64,000 nucleotides of DNA, from positions 1-64,000 of the IMG/VR virus record IMGVR_UViG_3300028584_000098, one strand, 5' to 3'. Below are positions 7,981 through 13,844 of the stretch, piece after piece. Both the position numbers and the translations under genes were made by a program. The DNA is from a virus. The notes under the pieces are model-generated. The model ran no database searches and was not told the origin of the DNA. It worked only from the letters and a program-made list of their open reading frames with translations. Within the stretch, counting starts at the first letter, position 1, and each line of letters begins with the position of its first letter.

Positions 7981-8134
7981 GTATCTCTACTACCCCTTTG
8001 CTTGGCAGTTAATCTTTAGTAAGGGGGCTAATGAGTATTGGGAAAACTCTGTTACTGGGGAGCGTAGAGTAAAGCAAGAAGATTACGATAACGCAGGGCC
8101 TATTGATTACGAGTGGTTAGAGGCCACTCTTTAA
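7937..8134 (+). CDS. hypothetical protein (start uncertain)
   Basis: Track ORF. It overlaps the previous small ORF by 44 nt in another frame. Confidence 0.4.
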   Translation: MDKNVLTIWQNSWIKYLYYPFAWQLIFSKGANEYWENSVTGERRVKQEDYDNAGPIDYEWLEATL

Positions 8135-8142
8135 AATAGTTC

Positions 8143-8172
8143 TTGACTTTGTTCGGTCTTTAAGTTTATACT
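8143..8172 (+). promoter_or_regulatory. sigma70-type promoter (family copy)
   Basis: TTGACT 8143-8148, 18 bp, TATACT 8167-8172. Confidence 0.7.
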
Positions 8173-8184
8173 GTTTAAACAATT

Positions 8185-8257
8185 GGGGGCGCTATATGGT
8201 ATAGCATCTTGCTTTGCAAGCAGGAATGTGGGAGATCGTTACTGCCCGCCTCCACCA
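8185..8257 (+). tRNA. tRNA-Ala (TGC), atypical D and T arms
   Basis: Acceptor GGGGGCG/CGCCTCC with a G3:U70 wobble, anticodon arm CTTGC-TTTGCAA-GCAGG, CCA encoded. The T loop ATCGTTA is non-canonical. Confidence 0.5.
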
Positions 8258-8378
8258 ATATTTCTTAGCTAGGTCTCAGTTGAAGGCTAGGAATATTTAG
8301 AACTGAGCGTGGTCCCGTTTGTTGCATGGCGGGGCGATAACCATAGGGCGCTTTAGCTTTACATGCTTCCCAAATTAC

Positions 8379-8462
8379 GGGTAGGTAAAGCTGATGGCTT
8401 CAGCAAAGGGCCTGTAAAGCCCTTCCTTTAAGGGAATGGATCGAAACCATACCTACCCTCCA
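8379..8462 (+). tRNA. tRNA-Tyr (GTA), class II
   Basis: Acceptor GGGTAGG/CCTACCC, anticodon arm AGGGC-CTGTAAA-GCCCT, long variable arm, T loop ATCGAAA, CCA encoded. Confidence 0.8.
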
Positions 8463-8465
8463 ATT

Positions 8466-8540
8466 GCTTCCATGGTGTAGTTGTAAACATGGATCGTTGC
8501 CAACGATTTGTCGAGAGTTAGAACCTCTCTGGAAGCTCCA
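8466..8540 (+). tRNA. tRNA-Gly (GCC)
   Basis: Acceptor GCTTCCA/TGGAAGC, anticodon arm GATCG-TTGCCAA-CGATT, T arm GAGAG-TTAGAAC-CTCTC, CCA encoded. Confidence 0.85.
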
Positions 8541-8855
8541 ATTCCCGAACGTGCCGGTAAGCGAACCGGAGGCCCTAATAGTTGCGACCCTTGTGGACAA
8601 AAACTAATGGACAAACAAAAGCTGGACTATCCTAGTAATAGGCGATGAATGCAATAAATCCAGTCTGACGCAAGTCTACGCAAAACACCTTCGGGTGCTG
8701 GTCGCAGCGAGGAAGTAGTCTATAGCGAGACAACCTGAGCTATAAAAATATGAATGGTCCGTGCATACGCCTTTGTTGAGGCTTCCTCCTAAGAAGGGAA
8801 TATCAACTGGCTCGGAAGCGGCGAGCCACCGAATTTTTAGCAGAGAGAAAAGAAA

Positions 8856-9227
8856 ATGAAAACGGTAACAGTAGTATTCGGCGACGGTAACTCTAGTAAG
8901 TACGACTATCTAGTAGGTGATGCCACACAGGTAGCTAAGGGCGACGTTGCCGTAGTGCACACGGGTGCTCGTAATGGCTTCAAGTTTGTAGTAGTAACTA
9001 ATGTTCGCGCAGGTGTTTCAAAGAATGCAACTAAGACCCTAGTTACTGTTCTTAATGATTATGTACTTGATGCGTACCAGAAGCGCAATGCTGAAGTAAC
9101 TAAGAAGCGCGAACTATTCGAGCGTCTAGATCAACTTGTTGAACTAGAGTACGAAAACAACAAGTACCGAGTTCTTGCTGCTATCAATCCTGAAGCAGCT
9201 AAGCTAATTGCTGAACTTGGTATGTAA
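8856..9227 (+). CDS. hypothetical protein
   Basis: Track ORF with a purine-rich leader. Its stop abuts tRNA-Leu. Confidence 0.65.
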   Translation: MKTVTVVFGDGNSSKYDYLVGDATQVAKGDVAVVHTGARNGFKFVVVTNVRAGVSKNATKTLVTVLNDYVLDAYQKRNAEVTKKRELFERLDQLVELEYENNKYRVLAAINPEAAKLIAELGM

Positions 9228-9309
9228 GCCCCGTTGGCGGAACGGCAGACGCGCTAGTCTTAGGAACTAGTTCTTCGGAGTGAGGGTTCAAATCCCTTGC
9301 GGGGTACCA
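9228..9309 (+). tRNA. tRNA-Leu (TAG), class II
   Basis: Acceptor GCCCCGT/GCGGGGT, 3-bp D stem, anticodon arm CTAGT-CTTAGGA-ACTAG, long variable arm, T loop TTCAAAT, CCA encoded. Confidence 0.8.
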
Positions 9310-9321
9310 TTTAAGGAACCA

Positions 9322-9696
9322 ATGTTAAATACTGTAAATCAAGGTAGTATAGGATTATCTGCCGCAATATATAAACTAACTAGTTTAGGTTATACTGTTT
9401 CAGTGCCTCTTATTGATAATCAATGCTATGATTTAGTAGTTGATATTGCTGGTACGCTAAATAAAGTTGAAGTAAAATCTACGTCTGTAAACTCCAATAA
9501 CGACAATTGGATAGTACAGATAAAAAGAGTTAGGTCCAATAAAACTGTTAATACCATATATAAATTTGATAATTTATCTGTAGATTATCTATTTATTTAT
9601 ACTATGGCTGGAGACTGTTACTTTATACCTGCTAGGGACGTAGATACTAAAAATCAGCTTACTGTTCCAGGTAAGTTTTTAAAGTATAAACTATAA
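9322..9696 (+). CDS. PD-(D/E)XK-type free-standing homing endonuclease (I-Ssp6803I-like pattern)
   Basis: ATG 9322 is in frame with track ORF 9280-9696, whose first 14 codons are tRNA sequence. It carries the catalytic-like D (YDLVVD) and E-x-K (VEVKS). The gene is AT-rich and sits between two tRNAs. Confidence 0.55.
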   Translation: MLNTVNQGSIGLSAAIYKLTSLGYTVSVPLIDNQCYDLVVDIAGTLNKVEVKSTSVNSNNDNWIVQIKRVRSNKTVNTIYKFDNLSVDYLFIYTMAGDCYFIPARDVDTKNQLTVPGKFLKYKL

Positions 9697-9697
9697 A

Positions 9698-9781
9698 GGC
9701 AGGTGCCGGCAAGGTGTCAAAGCGGATTTGAAATCCGTGGTCAGCGAAAGGTGAGGGTTTCGATTACTCCACCTGCCTCCA
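9698..9781 (+). tRNA. tRNA-Ser (TGA), class II
   Basis: Acceptor GGCAGGT/ACCTGCC, anticodon arm GCGGA-TTTGAAA-TCCGT, long variable arm, T loop TTCGATT, CCA encoded. Confidence 0.75.
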
Positions 9782-10072
9782 CTATCCCGGTGCTTAGATA
9801 CGGCCGGAGGTACTATAGACAGCAACTTAGAGATAGCTTTTAGAGTAAGGCTAGGCCAAGTGTTTATGGGAAAGAAATCTAAGGTGTGTTTGCGGCACGC
9901 ACGACTCGTGACTGAGTAACGCTCCAGTTTAAGGGTATATTAGAACCCTGGGTGATGGTTGTTTCATCCAATGTCCGAGATAGGGCAAAACAACCACTTT
10001 CCGAGCGTGGAGGCGTGGGTATGGAAAGTAAGAGCGCTAGGAAGCAAGATCCTAGAACTGACGCCACAATAA

Positions 10073-10149
10073 GGGGGATTCGTCTAATTGGCCCAGGATA
10101 CCGGATTTTCGCTCCGGTGATGCGAGTTCGAGTCTCGTATCCCCTTCCA
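10073..10149 (+). tRNA. tRNA-Glu (TTC)
   Basis: Glu-type architecture: GGGGGAT-TC-GTC-TAATTGGCCCAGGAT-A-CCGGA-TTTTCGC-TCCGG, T arm GCGAG-TTCGAGT-CTCGT, CCA encoded. Confidence 0.85.
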
Positions 10150-10263
10150 TTGATAAACATGTAGTAGGTTACAGGGCTGATTACCTGTAGATTAATACCA
10201 TTAGTAGCTCGCTAAGAGACGCGGCTTAGCCACCTAGGGTCTACATGTTTTTCAATGGAATAC

Positions 10264-10339
10264 GTTGGTCTAGCTCATGGGGTAGAGCGGCAGGTTCCAA
10301 CCCTGCGCGAGGTGGGTTCGAGTCCTACGACCTTCGCCA
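10264..10339 (+). tRNA. tRNA-Trp (CCA) with two U:U mismatches in the acceptor stem
   Basis: D arm GCTC-ATGGGGTA-GAGC, anticodon arm GCAGG-TTCCAAC-CCTGC, T arm GTGGG-TTCGAGT-CCTAC. Acceptor GTTGGTC/GACCTTC. Confidence 0.6.
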
Positions 10340-10344
10340 ACAAT

Positions 10345-10420
10345 GTCACAGTGGCTCGAAAGATTAGGCTGGGGATTGCAACTCCCTATAATGTTGGTTT
10401 GAATCCAATCTGTGACTCCA
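10345..10420 (+). tRNA. tRNA-Cys (GCA)
   Basis: 76 nt with canonical numbering. Acceptor GTCACAG/CTGTGAC, anticodon arm GGGGA-TTGCAAC-TCCCT, T arm GTTGG-TTTGAAT-CCAAT, CCA encoded. Confidence 0.85.
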
Positions 10421-10648
10421 AGCCCCTACTAACCTTACTAGGGTTAGTACACATGCCTCGCTGTATAGTGCTAGGACCAGGATATAGGTCACGTCTACCT
10501 GATAGTACGCTCTACTATACTGCCAATCTAGTTTCTGTGCCAGCATAGTGGGCACGCCGGATGATAGTAACCGGCATTTTGATAAACGTATATTAGTGTG
10601 GACCTACGGGAGAAGCGCGACGCAAAAAACCTATACGTTTTTCAAAAG

Positions 10649-10736
10649 GGAGAGTTAACCGGCTGGGTGCTGGGACCGCTTGCTAAGCGAATCGAACCTT
10701 AACGGGTTTAGAGATCGAGACTCTAGCTCTCCTCCA
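10649..10736 (+). tRNA. tRNA-Ser (GCT), class II
   Basis: Acceptor GGAGAGT/GCTCTCC, loop TTGCTAA on a short stem, long variable arm, T arm TAGAG-ATCGAGA-CTCTA, CCA encoded. Confidence 0.65.
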
Positions 10737-10744
10737 TTTAGTTC

Positions 10745-10773
10745 TTGACTTTTGTTCCCTATTTTGTTATTAT
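10745..10773 (+). promoter_or_regulatory. sigma70-type promoter (family copy)
   Basis: TTGACT 10745-10750, 17 bp, TATTAT 10768-10773. Confidence 0.75.
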
Positions 10774-10792
10774 AAAGACTAAGGAGAACGGA

Positions 10793-10990
10793 ATGCTCAA
10801 AGTTTATATAGCAGCTACAGATGCTGGTTACGGTTATTTTGATAATGTTCTGTGGCTAGAGAATGGATCAGATAAGTTTCTTATTGAGTTCACGGAGTCT
10901 ACTGTTGCAAGATTTGAGACCTTGATGAGTGACGGTACCAAATTAGCTAAAATGCTTGGAATTGAATTGGAGCTTATCTATGTCAGCTGA
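10793..10990 (+). CDS. hypothetical protein (65 aa)
   Basis: ATG 10793 follows an AAGGAGA RBS and is in frame with track ORF 10745-10990, whose listed start lies inside the promoter. Confidence 0.6.
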   Translation: MLKVYIAATDAGYGYFDNVLWLENGSDKFLIEFTESTVARFETLMSDGTKLAKMLGIELELIYVS

Positions 10991-11144
10991 AATTATTGAC
11001 TTTGATCTAGCATATCAGCGTATTAAGGGTCCGATTGCCGCAATGGCATTTCGTAACCATCGTAATCTTCGTATGACACATCTTATTGTGAACGGAGTTT
11101 ACGTAGCAAAAGCAGATAAAGGTGGGCCTATGAAGGCGGCCTAA
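10980..11144 (+). CDS. hypothetical protein (54 aa)
   Basis: ATG 10980 overlaps the previous gene's end and is in frame with track ORF 10956-11144. Confidence 0.5.
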   Translation: MSAEIIDFDLAYQRIKGPIAAMAFRNHRNLRMTHLIVNGVYVAKADKGGPMKAA

Positions 11145-11223
11145 AGTTTAATCCGTCGTCTAAAGCTAGAAGACGCCTTTTAGGGTTGGATGTGAGAAGT
11201 CGATGCTCACCGGATTAACGAGA

Positions 11224-11296
11224 CGCGGGGTAGTGTAGGTGGATTTTGCACGACGGCCTCATAAGCCGTAGGAGGGGTTCGACTCCCCCGATCGCA
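11224..11296 (+). pseudogene. initiator-like tRNA-Met (CAT) with a broken 3' acceptor strand
   Basis: The 5' two-thirds are well formed: CGCGGGG-TA-GTGT...GCAC-G-ACGGC-CTCATAA-GCCGT, T loop TTCGACT. The 3' end CCCCCGATCGCA cannot pair with CGCGGGG. A homing-endonuclease cassette starts 16 nt downstream. Confidence 0.4.
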
Positions 11297-11311
11297 TCTC
11301 GAAAATATTTC

Positions 11312-11340
11312 TTGACATTTTAGCTGTACAGTGTTAAACT
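11312..11340 (+). promoter_or_regulatory. sigma70-type promoter, probably giving a leaderless mRNA
   Basis: TTGACA 11312-11317, 17 bp, TAAACT 11335-11340. The ATG at 11346 sits at the expected transcription start and has no SD. Confidence 0.55.
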
Positions 11341-11345
11341 TGTTT

Positions 11346-12065
11346 ATGTTTAAATGTCCATATTGTTCTAAACCTTTTAAGTTCTGGATTTCTGTTAGAG
11401 GGCACACAAGTAGCTGCGCTACAAATACTAAAGAATATTATATAGATAAACTATACGGTCCGTTACACTACACTATTTTTGATAGTAAGACAGATAGAGA
11501 AATTAGATCAGTTTATCCTAAGCTAAATTCTTTATCTGATATTAGACGTACTTTTAGAAATAAAAATATAGTAGTAAATATACTGGAGGGAGCTATAATT
11601 TCTAAGCAAGATATTATAGTGGCCATACAAGATTATTACTTTATACATGGTAGGATACCTCAAATACGAGATTTTTATCACTCTAAGTATCCTGGAATTA
11701 CAACTATAAGAGATAGATTTGGTTCCTGGAACGAAGCTATTAAAGCTGCGGGTTTTGAGCCTAATGAAAATGATGGGTTTGGTACAAGAACTATAGCAGA
11801 TGATGGTGTTCTATATAGAAGCCATTATGAAACTATGTTTGTAAATAGATTTCTTTTTAATAAAGAGATTTATGAGTACGAAGTAAAGTACCCAAATCAT
11901 AATAAATACTATGATTTTTATCTTCCAGAACGTGATATCTATATAGAAATAGATGGTGGTTGTAGGCCTGTTGTAATGGAAGAAAAGCTAAAAATCAATA
12001 AAGAATTAGGTAGAAATTTACTTGTCATTAAAGGTAATGAAATTGCTACTTTTAGTGGGTTCTAA
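11346..12065 (+). CDS. free-standing homing endonuclease, paralog 1 (N-terminal C2HC/C2H2-like finger, Vsr/DUF559-like PD-(D/E)XK C-terminus)
   Basis: MFKCPYCSKPF...HTSSC finger. FGSWNEAIKAAGF repeat typical of homing-endonuclease accessory domains. YDFYLPERDIYIEIDG nuclease-like block. In frame with track ORF 11331-12065. Confidence 0.6.
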   Translation: MFKCPYCSKPFKFWISVRGHTSSCATNTKEYYIDKLYGPLHYTIFDSKTDREIRSVYPKLNSLSDIRRTFRNKNIVVNILEGAIISKQDIIVAIQDYYFIHGRIPQIRDFYHSKYPGITTIRDRFGSWNEAIKAAGFEPNENDGFGTRTIADDGVLYRSHYETMFVNRFLFNKEIYEYEVKYPNHNKYYDFYLPERDIYIEIDGGCRPVVMEEKLKINKELGRNLLVIKGNEIATFSGF

Positions 12066-12187
12066 GGTTAGCCTCTAAATCGGCTCGCGTGGTCCTATGG
12101 TTAGGCCGCACCCGAGGGCGGAAGTAAAACACTTCGTTAAAAACGGGTTAGAGGCTTTCCGGTGAGCCTATCACCGGCCGGATTTAT

Positions 12188-12262
12188 TCTCATTAATGCA
12201 CAAGGTGTGCAGCCGAGCTGTTAACTCGTGTGAGCTAGGTTCGATCCCTAGAATGAGAGCCA
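12188..12262 (+). tRNA. tRNA-Asn (GTT)
   Basis: Acceptor TCTCATT/AATGAGA, D arm TGCA-CAAGGTG-TGCA, loop CTGTTAA, T arm CTAGG-TTCGATC-CCTAG, CCA encoded. Confidence 0.85.
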
Positions 12263-12273
12263 AAATTTAGTTC

Positions 12274-12302
12274 TTGACTTCAACCGCCCAATCGGGTATT
12301 AT
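12274..12302 (+). promoter_or_regulatory. sigma70-type promoter (family copy)
   Basis: TTGACT 12274-12279, 17 bp, TATTAT 12297-12302. Confidence 0.75.
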
Positions 12303-12315
12303 TAGAGGGTAGACA

Positions 12316-12516
12316 TTGAGCAGCACGGCAATCAACGCGAAGCTAATCTTCGAAAAAGAAGTATTCTTTCTAGAAGCACTGAAGCGGAAGCTAGACTCAA
12401 CTGAGTCTGACGATCCTACGGAAGTTCGTCTTGCGGAAGAAGCCTCATGGGACTATGATCTAATTATTGCCTATTTTAAAGGTCGAATTAAAGAATTTGA
12501 AAAGTTGATTTGCTGA
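12316..12516 (+). CDS. hypothetical protein (66 aa, TTG start)
   Basis: Track ORF. Its stop codon TGA 12514-12516 lies inside the first 5 nt of tRNA-His. Confidence 0.4.
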   Translation: MSSTAINAKLIFEKEVFFLEALKRKLDSTESDDPTEVRLAEEASWDYDLIIAYFKGRIKEFEKLIC

Positions 12517-12587
12517 CTTAGCTCACCCGGTTAGAGCGCTGGTTTGTGGAGCCAGAGAATAGGGTTCGAGTCCCTAAGTCAGTGCCA
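12512..12587 (+). tRNA. tRNA-His (GTG)
   Basis: Acceptor GCTGACT/AGTCAGT, D arm GCTC-ACCCGGTTA-GAGC, anticodon arm CTGGT-TTGTGGA-GCCAG, T arm TAGGG-TTCGAGT-CCCTA, CCA encoded. Confidence 0.8.
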
Positions 12588-12661
12588 AAATATTCAGGCT
12601 CTGTTTGAGAAGCTAGACAATCAGACTGTGACATTTTGTGGAAACACAGAAATCTGAATTA

Positions 12662-12908
12662 GGTATCCGGGTGGCGGATTTAATGATGCGAAACTTGGCA
12701 TCGCCAAAAACTAGGTGGCTCAGTCGTGGAGCCTTAATGATATTACGATCTGATATCGCCTGAAATATAGATACGCTGTATATGGATGCCGTAAGGTCAC
12801 AGTGCGAGGTTCGAATCCTCGGCAGCAGCAGGAGACGTTCTGCAAGTATCAAAATACGTTAGTATTTCAAGGATTGGTGGCCGTATGGCCTTAATGATGT
12901 GCATCGCC
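12662..12908 (+). repeat. three paralogous ~35-47-nt structured RNA modules (hairpin-UUAAUGAU-hairpin-CGCC)
   Basis: Copies lie at 12662-12705, 12714-12760 and 12876-12908. Each is GGT-[hairpin 1]-TTAATGAT-[GATxx...xxATC hairpin]-GCC. A T-loop-like hairpin CGAGG-TTCGAAT-CCTCG (12804-12820) lies between copies 2 and 3. Confidence 0.55.
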
Positions 12909-13097
12909 AACCATATTTCGCAAACAGCTAGGGCACACTTTAGTAGCTGTTTTCGTAATATGGTGGGAATAGGTCGAACAAAGAATAGAGCAATAGCCAT
13001 TGGATAAATAGACCTTAACAGGTTTACCAGTGTCGCCGGGTACCCAACCGGACCGAAAGGATAAACTTTATCTCCTGATAAATCATATTTTCAATAT

Positions 13098-13172
13098 CGG
13101 GCTGAACTCCTACGGTTGGAGAACTGATTGTCTATCAGTTAGCAGCGAGTTCGACTCTCGTCAGCCTGACCA
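13098..13172 (+). tRNA. tRNA-Asp (GTC)
   Basis: Acceptor CGGGCTG/CAGCCTG, D arm CTCC-TACGGTT-GGAG, anticodon arm ACTGA-TTGTCTA-TCAGT, T arm GCGAG-TTCGACT-CTCGT, CCA encoded. Confidence 0.8.
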
Positions 13173-13179
13173 CTCTTAT

Positions 13180-13252
13180 GGCCCCGCCGAGGTATTGCGG
13201 ACATGTCCCTACGAAGGACGTTGGTTGGGTTAGACTCCTAACGGGGCTTCCA
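13180..13252 (+). tRNA. tRNA-Arg (ACG)
   Basis: Acceptor GGCCCCG/CGGGGCT, anticodon arm TGTCC-CTACGAA-GGACG, T arm TTGGG-TTAGACT-CCTAA, CCA encoded. The D arm is short. Confidence 0.65.
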
Positions 13253-13364
13253 TATTTGCTACGGAATGGTACGGCCATTTTCTCCTGAGGAGGTGATTAA
13301 TCATTTGCCTCATTCTGTAGTTTCGGTGTCCGGTCGCCTACATTGGTGGGCTCCCCGGCTCCGC

Positions 13365-13404
13365 GCCCGCTCGGGCGATGCTGACGACCCGAGCGGGCTT
13401 TATT
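13365..13404 (+). terminator. intrinsic terminator-like GC hairpin
   Basis: GCCCGCTCGGG (13365-13375) pairs with CCCGAGCGGGC (13388-13398) and is followed by TTTATT. Confidence 0.6.
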
Positions 13405-13406
13405 AT

Positions 13407-13481
13407 GCACGTTAGTCCGAGTGGTGAGGGCCTGTCCTGATAAGACAGTGGTGCTGGGATCGAAACCCAGAGCGTGTACCA
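13407..13481 (+). tRNA. tRNA-Ile (GAT)
   Basis: Acceptor GCACGTT/AGCGTGT, anticodon arm CTGTC-CTGATAA-GACAG, T arm CTGGG-ATCGAAA-CCCAG, CCA encoded. Confidence 0.8.
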
Positions 13482-13488
13482 ATATTAT

Positions 13489-13564
13489 AGGCCTAGGCCC
13501 ATCTGAGAATGGGGAGCGACTCTTAATCGCTATGTTTAGGGTTTGAATCCCTTTAGGCCTACCA
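13489..13564 (+). tRNA. tRNA-Lys (CTT)
   Basis: 76 nt with canonical numbering. Acceptor AGGCCTA/TAGGCCT, D stem CCCA/TGGG, anticodon arm AGCGA-CTCTTAA-TCGCT, A73, CCA encoded. Confidence 0.85.
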
Positions 13565-13572
13565 AAAATTCT

Positions 13573-13661
13573 GGGTGAGTACCAAAGCGGCCGAATGGGG
13601 TAGACTTTTAATCTGCTTGTAGAAATACACATCATGGGTTCGAATCCCCTCTCACCCTCCA
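13573..13661 (+). tRNA. class II (long variable arm, Leu-like body) tRNA carrying anticodon UUU
   Basis: Acceptor GGGTGAG/CTCACCC, 3-bp D stem CCA/TGG, anticodon arm GTAGA-CTTTTAA-TCTGC, variable arm TGTA-GAAA-TACA, T loop TTCGAAT, U73, CCA encoded. Confidence 0.65.
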
Positions 13662-13673
13662 TAAGGAGAATTA

Positions 13674-13844
13674 ATGACATACAATATTAGATACAGCCCA
13701 GCAGGACGAGCACGAAATTCCCTGCTTACGGGTGGGGGGGCTCCTGCTGGCTTCTCGCGCACGACCTACAACGGCGTCGCGGTCACATACAACGGTCGGC
13801 CGGTCTTCGATGACGGCGCAAACTTTCTAGTGAGGGCCGCATGA
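13674..13844 (+). CDS. junction-spanning small protein (56 aa)
   Basis: AAGGAG 13663-13668, ATG 13674. The first ~9 codons are AT-rich backbone and the rest is high-GC (…TTYNGVAVTYNGRPVFDDG…). The stop overlaps the next start (ATGA at 13841). Confidence 0.5.
   Translation: MTYNIRYSPAGRARNSLLTGGGAPAGFSRTTYNGVAVTYNGRPVFDDGANFLVRAA

Noticed and set aside
12795-12835. A missed tRNA or tmRNA 3' domain, suggested by a perfect T arm CGAGG-TTCGAAT-CCTCG.
   Set aside because: No complementary 5' acceptor strand (CTGCTGC or wobble variants) lies within 120 nt upstream. There is no CCA and no tag-like reading frame. It is treated as a T-loop motif within a structured spacer.
8400-13680. Track ORFs in the tRNA island: 8400-8600, 9879-10160, 9952-10164, 10255-10548, 10364-10555, 11207-11407, 12613-12852, 12797-13000, 13030-13233, 13297-13680, and also 16383-16574.
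   Set aside because: Each overlaps one or more tRNA genes or structured spacers and has no RBS. The translations are dominated by tRNA-derived sequence.
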